Shown in pieces: positions 1 through 9,982 of a DNA stretch of 64,000 nucleotides. The DNA comes from an uncultured Planctomycetaceae bacterium. Lineage in GTDB: Bacteria > Planctomycetota > Planctomycetia > Planctomycetales > Planctomycetaceae. The notes beneath the pieces are model-generated. The model did not search any database and was not told where the DNA came from. It was given only the letters and a program-made list of their open reading frames with translations. Within the stretch, counting starts at the first letter, position 1, and each line of letters begins with the position of its first letter. Position numbers and translations under genes: made by a program. The stretch is taken from positions 248,001 to 312,000 of the forward strand of contig CAXBME010000003.1 in the NCBI GenBank assembly GCA_963976765.1, written 5' to 3'.

Positions 1-213
1 CGCGGCGATGCGGTCGATGTTCGGTGTATTGCAGACCTGATTCCCGTAGCAGGATAACGCTGTCGCGGTCAGATCATCTGAGATGATGAACAGGACGTTG
101 TATTTCTGGCTGGCTGCTGTCCGCTCGGCAGCGGTTGCCATCGAGATTGCTGCGAGATTCAGGAAGCCACCAGGCAGGAAAAGAGCAACGGCAAAACTGA
201 GGACTGTCTTCAT
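1..213 (-). CDS. Sulfatase, N-terminal part (runs off the window edge)
   Basis: Not in the ORF track. My translation from ATG 213 is MKTVLSFAVALFLPGG...KYNVLFIISDDLTATALSCYGNQVCNTPNIDRIAA: a signal peptide plus the NVLFIISDD...TPNID sulfatase start. Confidence 0.88.
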   Translation of the reverse strand, partial: MKTVLSFAVALFLPGGFLNLAAISMATAAERTAASQKYNVLFIISDDLTATALSCYGNQVCNTPNIDRIAA

Positions 214-316
214 CGTGGAATCTCCGCAACGTCTGGAGCAATGTTCGAAAATCAGTGACGATGGTATGGTCTCACGAAAGACCTCGCGACAAACCTCAAA
301 GATAAAGTGACACCCC

Positions 317-1189
317 ATGACGAATTCAGAATCTCGATCCAGTTGGCCTCGACGAATCGTCGCCTCGACCGCCAGTATCAATGTGGCGGCTGTCGTAACA
401 ACTCTAGCCTTGTTGATAACAACTCACGCCGTGGGCGCCGAGCCGCCTCATCAACTGAGAGTCCTTTGCTACAACGTTCACTGGTGTCTGGGCATGGACG
501 GTAAGTACGACGTTCCTCGACTGGCCGAAGTTATTAACAAAACAAAACCTGACCTGGTCGCGTTGCAGGAAGTCGACGTCGGAGTCAAGCGATCGGGGCG
601 GGTTCACGAGATCCAGGAACTGGCGAAGCTGACGGGACTCGCAGCACGATTTGGACCAACTCAGCACTACGAAGGCGGGCTCTTCGGGAATGCCGTGCTG
701 ACTCGGTTCCCGATTCTGGACGTCTCGATACACCCCCTGCCCTACACCGAAAGCACAACCGACCGGACGACGTACCCCCGCGGCGCCATCTCCGTGACCG
801 TGACAGCGCCGGACGGCAAACCGCTTCGATTTGTCAGCACGCACTTCCAGCACAACGTTCCGGAAGACCGTCTCGCTGAGGCCAAAGCAATAAACCAACT
901 GTTCGCAGCGGACGACGACGGCCTGCGAACGATTCTTGCCGGAGACATGAACGCTCAGCCGAACGCAGAGCCGGTCACTGAGCTTCTCGAAAAATGGAGC
1001 AACGCGATCGACAGCGACGCAACACCAACAGCCCCGGCCACGACACCGCGGTCGCGCATCGACTACGTGTTCTACCGCAACGCGTCACAGTTCCGTCTCG
1101 TCGAGTCAAAGGTGATTCCCGAGGCGATGGCGTCGGACCATCGCCCGGTGCTGGCAGTGCTTGAACTAAGTACAGACGCCACGAATTAA
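317..1189 (+). CDS. Endonuclease/exonuclease/phosphatase (EEP) family metallohydrolase, secreted
   Basis: YNVH, LQEVD, GNAVL, GDMN, IDY and SDHRPV motifs; N-terminal signal/TM segment. Confidence 0.88.
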   Translation: MTNSESRSSWPRRIVASTASINVAAVVTTLALLITTHAVGAEPPHQLRVLCYNVHWCLGMDGKYDVPRLAEVINKTKPDLVALQEVDVGVKRSGRVHEIQELAKLTGLAARFGPTQHYEGGLFGNAVLTRFPILDVSIHPLPYTESTTDRTTYPRGAISVTVTAPDGKPLRFVSTHFQHNVPEDRLAEAKAINQLFAADDDGLRTILAGDMNAQPNAEPVTELLEKWSNAIDSDATPTAPATTPRSRIDYVFYRNASQFRLVESKVIPEAMASDHRPVLAVLELSTDATN

Positions 1190-1461
1190 GGTGTGCAATT
1201 CGAAACGCCGCGTGAAGGTACCCTTTCGCAAAGTAGCTCCCTGGTTTCTTTGCATTCTGGTGCCTTGCGTGAAAATCCAGACTGTTGGCACACCGCCTCT
1301 TTTTCGTGGGACACGTACAGAGCCGATCGTGATTGACCACGACGATGCAGGTAATGTCGCTATCACTGACCGCCGGAGTTCTGTCAGAATGCAGGCCAAT
1401 GCTGATGCGTCCTCGCAGCCAATAGCCCCTCCTGCTTCTCTCCACGTACGGCCCGCCTTTC

Positions 1462-4400
1462 ATGTTCTCACCCAGTCTATCTCCAGCGTCGTCTGCCATC
1501 TCCACCAATCCCTGTAACATTCGGAATGTGCGATCGTTGATTGCGTTGTTACTCACCTTGAGCGGTGTGGACGGCTCGGCGCGGGCTGCTGATTTGTACC
1601 AGGACATCGTGCAGCCATTCGCAGCGAAGTATTGCGTCGAATGTCACAATCAAGAAAAGACACGCGGCGAGCTGGATCTGACGAAGTACTCCACTGAAAA
1701 AACGGTGACGTCACACTTTCGTCGCTGGCAGAACATCGCCTCGTTCATCCGTGACGGAGAGATGCCACCGGAAGATTTCGAACTGCAACCGACCATTGAC
1801 GAACGGAACGTCGTAATCAACGCGGTTGAGACCATCCTTCTTGCCGAAGCTCGTCGCAACGCGGGCGATCCCGGCGTCGTTCTTCCTCGGCGGTTATCGA
1901 ATACTGAATACGATCTTTCCGTCAGCCATCTGACAGGCGTCGACATTCACGCAACGGTCGAGTTCCCTGTTGACCCAGCAGCTGGCGAAGGATTTGACAA
2001 CACGGGCGAGGCGTTGTCGATGTCTCCAAGCCTGCTGCGAAAGTACATGGCGGCGGGGCAGCACGTCGCCAGTCATCTGGTGCTCAAGACAGACGGAATC
2101 ACGTTCGCGCCTTATCCGGTCACGTCGTACAACGAGCGAAAGAAACTGACAGAACAGGCCATCATCGATTTCTATCAGAATCACGAAGTCAAGATTCTCG
2201 ACTACCTGGAAGCAGCATGGCGATTTCGTCACCGACCGACCGAACAACACAATATGACGATCGAGTCATGGGCGAAGTCGCGGGGACTTAGCGGTCGATA
2301 TCTGCCTCTGGTCTGGCAAACTCTCAGTGAGGCGTCGTCATCGGAGGGTTTTCTGAAACCCGTTGGCCTGGTCTGGGATGCCGTTCCAGCTCCCGTGTCT
2401 CCCAATGACGTTCCCAAAGAACTTCGCGAGCTGGATCAAATGATCCGTTTCCTGCGACGCAACATCGGCGCAAAAGACGAACGACTGATCAGACCGGGAG
2501 CCGGAAACTGGCCCATTGCCCATCTGGACTTCCGGGCGAAGCAGGCAGCACTCCGCGACAAGTTCAGCACGAGCAATCTTCGCGATCAGGAACTCATTCG
2601 GTTCGATCGTCTGAAACGTCCGGGTAATAACCAGCAAACAGAACCTCAAACGCTTTACATCCGAGTCGATTCGGCCATTGACGACCGCGGCGACGGTTTC
2701 GTGATTGTCCAGCGTCCGATTTTGAGCCGGTCCGGGGATCTACCGAGGAACCAGGAAGAAGCCGAAAAGAATCAGGTTGTCACACTGCGTGAGTTTCTGG
2801 CAAAGCACACTCCGCAAGCTGTCGAACAGTTGAAGTTTGGACGGCATCCGAACGGGCACGAGGTCGACGAAGATTCGTTTGTGATCAAGGCCCCCGCTTT
2901 GATCGAGATTACACTCACACAGGATGCTCTGGCCGCGGCAGACAATCGGCATGTGCTGGCTCAGTGCATTCTGGATAAAGAACACAGTCGCGATCCTGGA
3001 GTGCTGGTCCAGGCAACCACCGACCACTCTCCAGCCGACAAATATTCTGACCAGACCGTCCTGCTGATTGATTCCGGCCGCGATTTTGTCAGCGAGAATC
3101 GTGAGTCCGCTCAGCGATTCTGCAACGCGTTTCCAAATCGCTTCTTCTACGTCGACCAGAGTCGAGGTCTGGCTGCCGGCTTTCATCTCGTCGAAGGATT
3201 TTTTCGCGACGACCAGCCGCTGGTTCAGAAAGTGCTGACAGACCAGGAGCGAGTTGAGCTGGACCTTCTGTGGGAAGAAATCAACTTCGTGACACAGAGC
3301 GTCGAGACCTTGATCCGTGGGTTCGTCTGGTTCGAACGTTCTGAACGACACGTTCTGCACGATAAGCGATTTGATTTTCTGCGTGCAGAAGATCCCCGGC
3401 TCATCGAAGACGAACTGCTCTATAAGTTCGAACGGGTCTATATGGATCGCCTAGGTGTGAAACTGGTCGAAGACGAACTCAAACCGACCAGCACTGACGA
3501 CGACAGGTTTCGTCTTATTCACGGGTTCTTCGATCAGATTCGCGACGGACTGAAGCACCAGCGCGAGTTGTTAAAAAACGCCGAGTCGCAGGCATTCACT
3601 GACCTGGAGCAGCTCGCCGCCCGTGCCTGGCGTCGACCGCTTGCCAGCAACGACAGGGATTCTCTGATGTCACTCTACAAGTCTTTGCGTGATCAGGGAC
3701 AAGGTGTCGAGAATTCAGTTCGAGGCGTCTTCACAGCGATTCTTCTGTCGCCAGACTTTTTCTACCGCTACACCGACTCTCATCCGGGCATCAAAGTCAG
3801 CCAGCTTTCGGACCGGACAATCGCAAGCCGACTGAGTTACTTTCTCTGGTCGTCGCTTCCCGATGATGAATTGCTTGCTCTGTCGAACGATGGCAGACTG
3901 CGATCGGAAGCCACCTTAGTCGCGCAGACTCGGCGAATGTTGAAGGACGATCGCGTTAAGGCGATTGCTCGCGAATTCTTTGGGCAATGGTTGCGGTATC
4001 GTGACTTCATCGCAAAAGATCCGATCAATGCCGAGGCGTTTCCCGAATATACCGACGAGTTGAGGCAGGCGATGTTCGAGGAACCCGCTCGGCTACTGAC
4101 GTCGCTCATTCAGGAAGACCGGCCAGTCATCGATTTACTCAACACCGATTCCACGTTTGTGAACGGAACTCTGGCTCGACACTACGGGGGCGACATCGCT
4201 CGACAGTATCAAAACCACGTTGCCGATTGGACGAACAGACGCAGAACACGCGGACTTTCGGTGGAAAGAGCAGATCGACAGTGGCACCGCGTGGATGGAC
4301 TGCGTGATGCCGGGCGTGGAGGACTGTTCGGGATGGGCGTTGTGCTGACTCAGAATTCAGCCGGCGAACGAACCAGTCCTGTGAAGCGAGGATTCTGGGC

Positions 4401-4917
4401 CGTGCACCATCTACTGGGTCAGCATTTTCCACCGCCCCCCGCTGACGTTGCGGAGTTACCCAAAGATGAAAAATCTGCCCCCAAGACCATTCGCGAACTG
4501 ATGGCTGAACACACCGCCAACCCAAGGTGTGCAATGTGCCACGTTCACTTCGATTCGCTGGGCATTGCGATGGAAGGCTTCGATACGATCGGGCGTCGAC
4601 GAGCCAGGGATCTGGCGGGCCGGCCAGTCGATGAGCAGGCAGAATTTCCCGGAGGTGAAGCCGGCAGCGGCATTCCCGGGCTGATTCAATACATTGAAAA
4701 GAATCGAAAACGCGACTTCCTCAGAACACTATGCCGCAAGTTTCTGGGGTACGCCCTCGGGCGATCCGTCACGCTGTCTGATTCAATTCTGCTTGAACAG
4801 ATGGAAGAAGCGTTGCACAACAATAATTATCGTTTCTCTGTATTGTTCGAGACAGTTGTGACAAGTCCGCAGTTTCGAAATCAACGAGGACGAGATTTTT
4901 CCGTCACCAACCGATAA
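1462..4917 (+). CDS. Planctomycete cytochrome c / DUF1587-DUF1595-DUF1592-DUF1588-DUF1585 protein (start may be GTG ~1528)
   Basis: CVECH...MPP, RRLSNTEY, GFDN, RLSYFLWSSLPD, TSPVKRG, CAMCH, FLGYALGR. Confidence 0.9.
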   Translation: MFSPSLSPASSAISTNPCNIRNVRSLIALLLTLSGVDGSARAADLYQDIVQPFAAKYCVECHNQEKTRGELDLTKYSTEKTVTSHFRRWQNIASFIRDGEMPPEDFELQPTIDERNVVINAVETILLAEARRNAGDPGVVLPRRLSNTEYDLSVSHLTGVDIHATVEFPVDPAAGEGFDNTGEALSMSPSLLRKYMAAGQHVASHLVLKTDGITFAPYPVTSYNERKKLTEQAIIDFYQNHEVKILDYLEAAWRFRHRPTEQHNMTIESWAKSRGLSGRYLPLVWQTLSEASSSEGFLKPVGLVWDAVPAPVSPNDVPKELRELDQMIRFLRRNIGAKDERLIRPGAGNWPIAHLDFRAKQAALRDKFSTSNLRDQELIRFDRLKRPGNNQQTEPQTLYIRVDSAIDDRGDGFVIVQRPILSRSGDLPRNQEEAEKNQVVTLREFLAKHTPQAVEQLKFGRHPNGHEVDEDSFVIKAPALIEITLTQDALAAADNRHVLAQCILDKEHSRDPGVLVQATTDHSPADKYSDQTVLLIDSGRDFVSENRESAQRFCNAFPNRFFYVDQSRGLAAGFHLVEGFFRDDQPLVQKVLTDQERVELDLLWEEINFVTQSVETLIRGFVWFERSERHVLHDKRFDFLRAEDPRLIEDELLYKFERVYMDRLGVKLVEDELKPTSTDDDRFRLIHGFFDQIRDGLKHQRELLKNAESQAFTDLEQLAARAWRRPLASNDRDSLMSLYKSLRDQGQGVENSVRGVFTAILLSPDFFYRYTDSHPGIKVSQLSDRTIASRLSYFLWSSLPDDELLALSNDGRLRSEATLVAQTRRMLKDDRVKAIAREFFGQWLRYRDFIAKDPINAEAFPEYTDELRQAMFEEPARLLTSLIQEDRPVIDLLNTDSTFVNGTLARHYGGDIARQYQNHVADWTNRRRTRGLSVERADRQWHRVDGLRDAGRGGLFGMGVVLTQNSAGERTSPVKRGFWAVHHLLGQHFPPPPADVAELPKDEKSAPKTIRELMAEHTANPRCAMCHVHFDSLGIAMEGFDTIGRRRARDLAGRPVDEQAEFPGGEAGSGIPGLIQYIEKNRKRDFLRTLCRKFLGYALGRSVTLSDSILLEQMEEALHNNNYRFSVLFETVVTSPQFRNQRGRDFSVTNR

Positions 4918-5050
4918 TCATGTAGAGGAGTTCCCGGAAAACTGACTTCCAGGTTAACTCCGCTTACATAATCAATGTCACGTTTGGCCACAAAATATCC
5001 CAGTAATCGACAGACAAAGATTTCGTTCCCAGGATCAACGAGACGAATCC

Positions 5051-6328
5051 ATGAATTCGAAAAACCAGATTCCACGACGGCATGTTCTGAAAGCTCTCGG
5101 CGCGACAGTCGCATTGCCCTGGCTGGAGTCATCGGGACGAGCGAACGAAAAGCCTTTGCCGCCAAAACGTTTTGCATGCCTGTTCTTTGGCGACGGGATT
5201 CATCCGCCAGAATGGTGGGCCAGGGGAACAGGCTCGTCACTGGAACTCGGTCCAGCATTTGCGCCGCTTGAAGCGGTTAAGCACAAGGTCAACTTCGTCA
5301 ACGGTCTGGCTCATCCGGGAGACGTTGTCGGTGGACACGCCAAAGGAGCGGCCGGAATGTTGACCGGTGTTCGGCCCAAAGGTGGTCGCGAGATTCTCGC
5401 CTCAACCAGTATGGACCAGATCCTGGCACAACGGCTTGGTGGCGAAACCGCCATTCCAAGTCTGGTACTGGCCTGCGAGCGGCCTGTCAGCGGCTTCCAT
5501 GAGTCCGGCTACTCGATGATGTACGCGTCACATGTATCATGGAGTTCGCCGGTTTCTCCAGTTCCGTCAGAACTTTATCCGTCGCTGGCGTTCGACAGCC
5601 TGTTCGAAAGTCGCGGAAGCCGGATGCAGCTCAGCGTGCTGGACCATGTGCTCGACCAATTGAACGATGTCTCACGGAGAGTTTCGACAGCCGACCGTTC
5701 GAAAATCGACGAGTACACAACTTCTGTTCGTGAAGTCGAGCAGCGGATTTCGAAGATGCAGGAGCGTCAGGGAGAAGAGCGCAAAGATCTGGACATGATC
5801 AAGTCGAAGCGTCCGGCGGATGGTTTGCCGACTCAGCTTGATGAACATTCGCGTTTAATGTGCGACGTCGTCGCTCTGGCCTTCCAGGCAGACCGTACAC
5901 GATTCGCAACGATGGTTTTGACAAACAATCTGTCGGGCCAGGTCTATCCGTTCCTTGGCCTGCGCGACGACCACCACAGCTTTTCTCACGGCTGGCAGAA
6001 CAAAGAGTTCGCTTCGATCAGTCGCTTCTGGGTCGAGCAGTATGCTTACCTGGTCAGCCGCCTGGACTCGATGCAGGAAGGTGACGGCACGGTCCTCGAT
6101 AACAGTTGCATCATGATGGCGAACGAGCAGTGGACCGCTCACAGCGCCCCGAAAGTTCCACTACTTCTAAGCGGCGGACTAGGTGGAACGATTGAAACCG
6201 GTCGCAGCCTGGATTTCGAGAAAAGCAAACAACGTTCGATGTCGTCACTGTATCTCGGCCTGATGGACCGCATGGGCGTTCGGATGCCGGAATTCGGCAA
6301 CGCAACCGAGCCGCTTACCGGCATCTGA
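5051..6328 (+). CDS. DUF1552 domain protein (Tat-type RR leader)
   Basis: RRHVLKALGATVALPWLES, SMDQ, SHVSW, DEYTTSVREVEQRI, LDSMQEGDGTVLDNS; usual partner of DUF1592. Confidence 0.9.
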   Translation: MNSKNQIPRRHVLKALGATVALPWLESSGRANEKPLPPKRFACLFFGDGIHPPEWWARGTGSSLELGPAFAPLEAVKHKVNFVNGLAHPGDVVGGHAKGAAGMLTGVRPKGGREILASTSMDQILAQRLGGETAIPSLVLACERPVSGFHESGYSMMYASHVSWSSPVSPVPSELYPSLAFDSLFESRGSRMQLSVLDHVLDQLNDVSRRVSTADRSKIDEYTTSVREVEQRISKMQERQGEERKDLDMIKSKRPADGLPTQLDEHSRLMCDVVALAFQADRTRFATMVLTNNLSGQVYPFLGLRDDHHSFSHGWQNKEFASISRFWVEQYAYLVSRLDSMQEGDGTVLDNSCIMMANEQWTAHSAPKVPLLLSGGLGGTIETGRSLDFEKSKQRSMSSLYLGLMDRMGVRMPEFGNATEPLTGI

Positions 6329-6345
6329 GCTACGGTCATCACCTG

Positions 6346-7023
6346 TCAGGAATTCTTCAATGGCGGCAGCCCAACACGTGGGCACATGCGAAGCAGCGGG
6401 CATTCCGTGCAGTTGGGGCGGCGAGCAATGCAGATTTGGCGACCGTGATGGATCAGGCGGTGTGAATACTGAATCCATTCGGTCTTTGGCAGGATCGCCT
6501 TCAGTTGTCGCTCGGCGATCTCCGGGTTGATTGAGTCGGTCAGACCGAGCAGTTTACTGATTCGTTTGACGTGAGTATCAACAACGACGCCGCTGGCAAT
6601 ACCGTACCAGGTTCCCAGCACAACGTTGGCAGTCTTCCGACCGACGCCAGGTAGTGACGTCATTTCCTCCAGCGTTTGAGGCAGCTCGCCGCCGAACTCG
6701 TCGACCAGTTTCTTTGCCATGCCGCGAATGTTTTCAGCCTTTGCCCGGAAAAAGCCGAGCGGGTGGATGATCTTTTCGACGGCCTTCTGAGTCGACTTTG
6801 CAAGATCCTCGGCATGCGGGTACTTGTCAAACAGGACAGGCGTGACTGAGTTGACTCTTTCGTCCGTGCATTGAGCCGAAAGGATTGTCGCCGTCAGAAG
6901 CTGGTACGCCGAGTTGTGTGTCAGTGCGCATTCGGCAACCGGATATGTCTTCTTGAGGACTCGCACGACACGCCGCGCCTGCCTCTTCCTGTCAGCAATT
7001 TCTGATTGGTCGAGTTCTGTCAT
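6346..7023 (-). CDS. nth: Endonuclease III
   Basis: LSAQCTD, Hh[19 protein letters not shown]-x6-C-x2-C-x5-C FeS motif; start taken at MTELDQ. Confidence 0.95.
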   Translation of the reverse strand: MTELDQSEIADRKRQARRVVRVLKKTYPVAECALTHNSAYQLLTATILSAQCTDERVNSVTPVLFDKYPHAEDLAKSTQKAVEKIIHPLGFFRAKAENIRGMAKKLVDEFGGELPQTLEEMTSLPGVGRKTANVVLGTWYGIASGVVVDTHVKRISKLLGLTDSINPEIAERQLKAILPKTEWIQYSHRLIHHGRQICIARRPNCTECPLLRMCPRVGLPPLKNS

Positions 7024-7245
7024 CGCGATTGCACAAATCTCAAGGGTTTCTGGTAGAGAAACTGAATCGAATCGTTCTAGAATCGCTGCCTTGCGCAACG
7101 GTGACGAAAGGTGGTCAGGCTGTCCCATCACTCGACCAGTGGCGAGCGGATGATAGCAGCCCGTCGAATTACTCAAAGTAGCAGACTGATAGAACTCAGA
7201 ATGCTCGCCACAGCGCACTCCCGGACGAAACGAAAGACAACAAGG

Positions 7246-7629
7246 ATGGACGATCTACCGGAACTGTATCTCAAGGGAATCTGGCTCTTTAACGAAGGCG
7301 ATTTTTTTGAATGCCACGACGAGCTGGAAGAACTCTGGACCGAGATTCAGGGCGAGGAACGGAAGTTCATTCAGGGTTTGATCCAGGCAGCAGTGGCACT
7401 CTTCCATTTTGGAAATGGAAACCTGGGCGGCGCCCGCAAGATGTACAAATCGGCGAGAGAGAAACTGGACCTTTACCCGTCGCCGTACATGGCGATGGAC
7501 CTGGAGCGGTTCAGGAACGACCTTCAACATAGTTTTCAGGAACTGCTGGATGCAGGCACGACTTACCCGGACGGAGTCGAACTTCAGGACGATCGAATAC
7601 CAACGATCTATCTGGCTGAGCAAGGCTAA
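7246..7629 (+). CDS. DUF309 family protein
   Basis: [21 protein letters not shown]...[12 protein letters not shown]...GN..GA. Confidence 0.88.
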   Translation: MDDLPELYLKGIWLFNEGDFFECHDELEELWTEIQGEERKFIQGLIQAAVALFHFGNGNLGGARKMYKSAREKLDLYPSPYMAMDLERFRNDLQHSFQELLDAGTTYPDGVELQDDRIPTIYLAEQG

Positions 7630-7634
7630 TACGA

Positions 7635-8333
7635 ATGACGCCAGCGGACCCCAACGACGCAGCGACAGGCTTCACGGGACGGGCAGCGATATTCCCGTTA
7701 CCTGATGTCACGCTTTTTCCAAACGTCATGCTGCCGCTGCACATCTTCGAGCCTCGGTATCGCTGCATGGCTGAAGACATTCTGAACGGTGATCGGTATC
7801 TGGCGTTAGGATTACTCAAGGATGGCTGGGAAGATCGCTACGAGTCGAAACACTGCGAGATTCACGACACGGTTTGTCTCGGCCAAGTAATCTCAAATGA
7901 ACAGCTCGAAGACGGGCGACATTTCCTGATGCTGCAGGGGCTTCACCGGGCAAAGCTGGTGAACGAACTCGAAACGGACCTGCCCTACCGGCTCGGAATG
8001 CTCGAACTTCTCCCGGACGTTTACCCCCAAACACCGATCATTGATCGAGACCGGCGTCAGGAAGAACTGGTCGACTGGTTCCGTAAAGCCTATCCAAAAC
8101 TCGGCATGGAAGCAGACCTGATTCACGCCCTCGGATCAGGGATTCAACTGGGTGAACTCTGCGATGTGATCGCTCACTCACTTAAACTGCCAACGGAAGC
8201 CGCGCACCGATTGCTGGCTCAGGCAGATGTCGATCAGCGAAGCGACATTGTTCTGGAGATGCTGAAACTTCAGTTTCGCGGAACATTCGAACCGACCAGT
8301 CGCGAATTCCCTCCGGGCTTCAGCCTGAATTGA
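7635..8333 (+). CDS. Stand-alone LON peptidase substrate-binding domain protein
   Basis: FPLPDVTLFPNVMLPLHIFEPRYR; no AAA or protease domain. Confidence 0.88.
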   Translation: MTPADPNDAATGFTGRAAIFPLPDVTLFPNVMLPLHIFEPRYRCMAEDILNGDRYLALGLLKDGWEDRYESKHCEIHDTVCLGQVISNEQLEDGRHFLMLQGLHRAKLVNELETDLPYRLGMLELLPDVYPQTPIIDRDRRQEELVDWFRKAYPKLGMEADLIHALGSGIQLGELCDVIAHSLKLPTEAAHRLLAQADVDQRSDIVLEMLKLQFRGTFEPTSREFPPGFSLN

Positions 8334-8336
8334 CAC

Positions 8337-8444
8337 CTGGAGCACTTTCGAAATTCATTTTCAGTGTTCTGCAGGAAGGCCACCAGGGAAACAATGACAG
8401 CTTCGGGTGCCAGCCCCTGCACAGAAACCATGAAAATGGTCTAG
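8337..8444. mobile_element. Putative ~108-bp MITE with CTAG-type ends between convergent genes
   Basis: Left end CTGGAGCACTTTC versus reverse complement of right end CTAGACCATTTTC (10/13 match); internal TGCAGG...CCTGCA arms; the right end includes the TAG stop of the minus-strand gene. Confidence 0.45.
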
Positions 8445-9937
8445 AGTTCGGCCCAGATGGGGCTGAGCCACACCCATTGCCCGTTATGCTGAGCGGCCTG
8501 AAGTCGATAGACGTCGACGTCGGAATGTGGAGTATCGGTCCATTCGGCATCGACCGAGCACTCTTCGACCGGAACCAGCGGGCCGATGCAGATGGCCTCG
8601 CTCAGCCACCCTCGGAGAAAGTGCGAGTTTGTTTTTCGGAGCAACTCGGCCAGCGAATGCTTGTATCGCTCGCCATTCACTTCAACGATCACGCGAGCCG
8701 AGAGTGGTGCGTCGACATCCAGAGAGATTGCCTGAGTCGTCTCGTGCCGCATCGTCCGGTTGCCTTGAGTAATGCTTCGCCACTCGAATGAACGCTCTGT
8801 CGAATTCAGGAGTTCGTGTGGCAGGTCGACTTCGTCCAGCACTTCAGTAACGCTGCTGCCTTTCGGCGCGACGACTGCCTGACCTGAAAAGCAGGTTTCT
8901 CTGGCGACGATGGAACCCTGGTCGATGGATAATCGCCCCGACCACTCGACAGGAATCGTGCTTCGTCCCCAGCCCCACGTGAGTCGGAGCTTGTAGCGAT
9001 GCGCCGCCGGATTCGGTTCAACGATTGGTGGGAAGAATCGTTGGACCACTCGACCGTTACGGAGCAGTTCGACTTTATCGAGCGAACTGGCTCCGCGAAC
9101 CGAGGCACTGAAGCGACGCTCCCCTGGAGCAGACACCGAATCGCCGATCCACGCGTCGTTCAGAAACAGTCGCGCATCAATGCGGTCTCCGGTTGCCGCG
9201 AAAACCCGACGCGACAGAAACGCTTCCCAGATAGCCTCACGCGTCAGCTCTTTGGCGAAGACTCCCATGCGGCCATCGCCATGACTGCCGGGGTAGGCAG
9301 CGTGATGGTCGGTACCGCCGGCGATGCCGAATCGAAAACCGCGTTCCCACCCGGCTTCGGCCGTGCTGTTCCAGTCGCGTGGCCCCATGTCGTGGAGCAT
9401 TCGGTAAGGAGCATCTTCAGATAACGAGCAACCATGCAGTGAAAAGATCTCGACGAACGGCGAAACGTCTTCGCGATACTCGTCCCAGTTGATCCCGCGA
9501 TAGCCAGCTCGATAGCCGATGTGGTGCGGAATCGCCATCCCTTGAGATTCCGCGACCACCTTTCGCAAGGCAGTCAGGTCAGCAGCAGCACGCAACGGCA
9601 GATCGGGCGTCGCGGTGTAGACGTTGTGGTCGCCGTACTTCAGAGAGTGCCATTCATAGCTGGGAAATGCGATGAACTCGCCTTCTCTGGTGTCGTCTTT
9701 TTGCAGCTTGAGCAGCTCGTCCCAGTTTCGAGCGAGCGTCGCGAAGCCTTCGTGGTGGTAGTCGATGATTGTGCCATAGGCATCGCGGTCGGTCGGCATG
9801 TCCGGCCAGAAGGCATGCCCGGTGACCGAGCAGAAATCAAGCTGCTGCCGCGCCCGCATCAACGCCTGCTCGACAGTACCATGCCCGTAGCTGATCGAGC
9901 AGTGGTTATGAAGATCTCCCCAGTACAGGTTGTACAT
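8441..9937 (-). CDS. DUF3604 / PHP-like metal-dependent hydrolase
   Basis: WGDLHNH, TGH, YEW, GDHNV, PHH, EIFSLHG and GGTDHH metal-ligand pattern. Confidence 0.78.
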   Translation of the reverse strand: MYNLYWGDLHNHCSISYGHGTVEQALMRARQQLDFCSVTGHAFWPDMPTDRDAYGTIIDYHHEGFATLARNWDELLKLQKDDTREGEFIAFPSYEWHSLKYGDHNVYTATPDLPLRAAADLTALRKVVAESQGMAIPHHIGYRAGYRGINWDEYREDVSPFVEIFSLHGCSLSEDAPYRMLHDMGPRDWNSTAEAGWERGFRFGIAGGTDHHAAYPGSHGDGRMGVFAKELTREAIWEAFLSRRVFAATGDRIDARLFLNDAWIGDSVSAPGERRFSASVRGASSLDKVELLRNGRVVQRFFPPIVEPNPAAHRYKLRLTWGWGRSTIPVEWSGRLSIDQGSIVARETCFSGQAVVAPKGSSVTEVLDEVDLPHELLNSTERSFEWRSITQGNRTMRHETTQAISLDVDAPLSARVIVEVNGERYKHSLAELLRKTNSHFLRGWLSEAICIGPLVPVEECSVDAEWTDTPHSDVDVYRLQAAQHNGQWVWLSPIWAEL

Positions 9938-9982
9938 AGTGGTTCTCTGGATTCGTGCCGGTGAGTTCGTTACGCATTGCGG

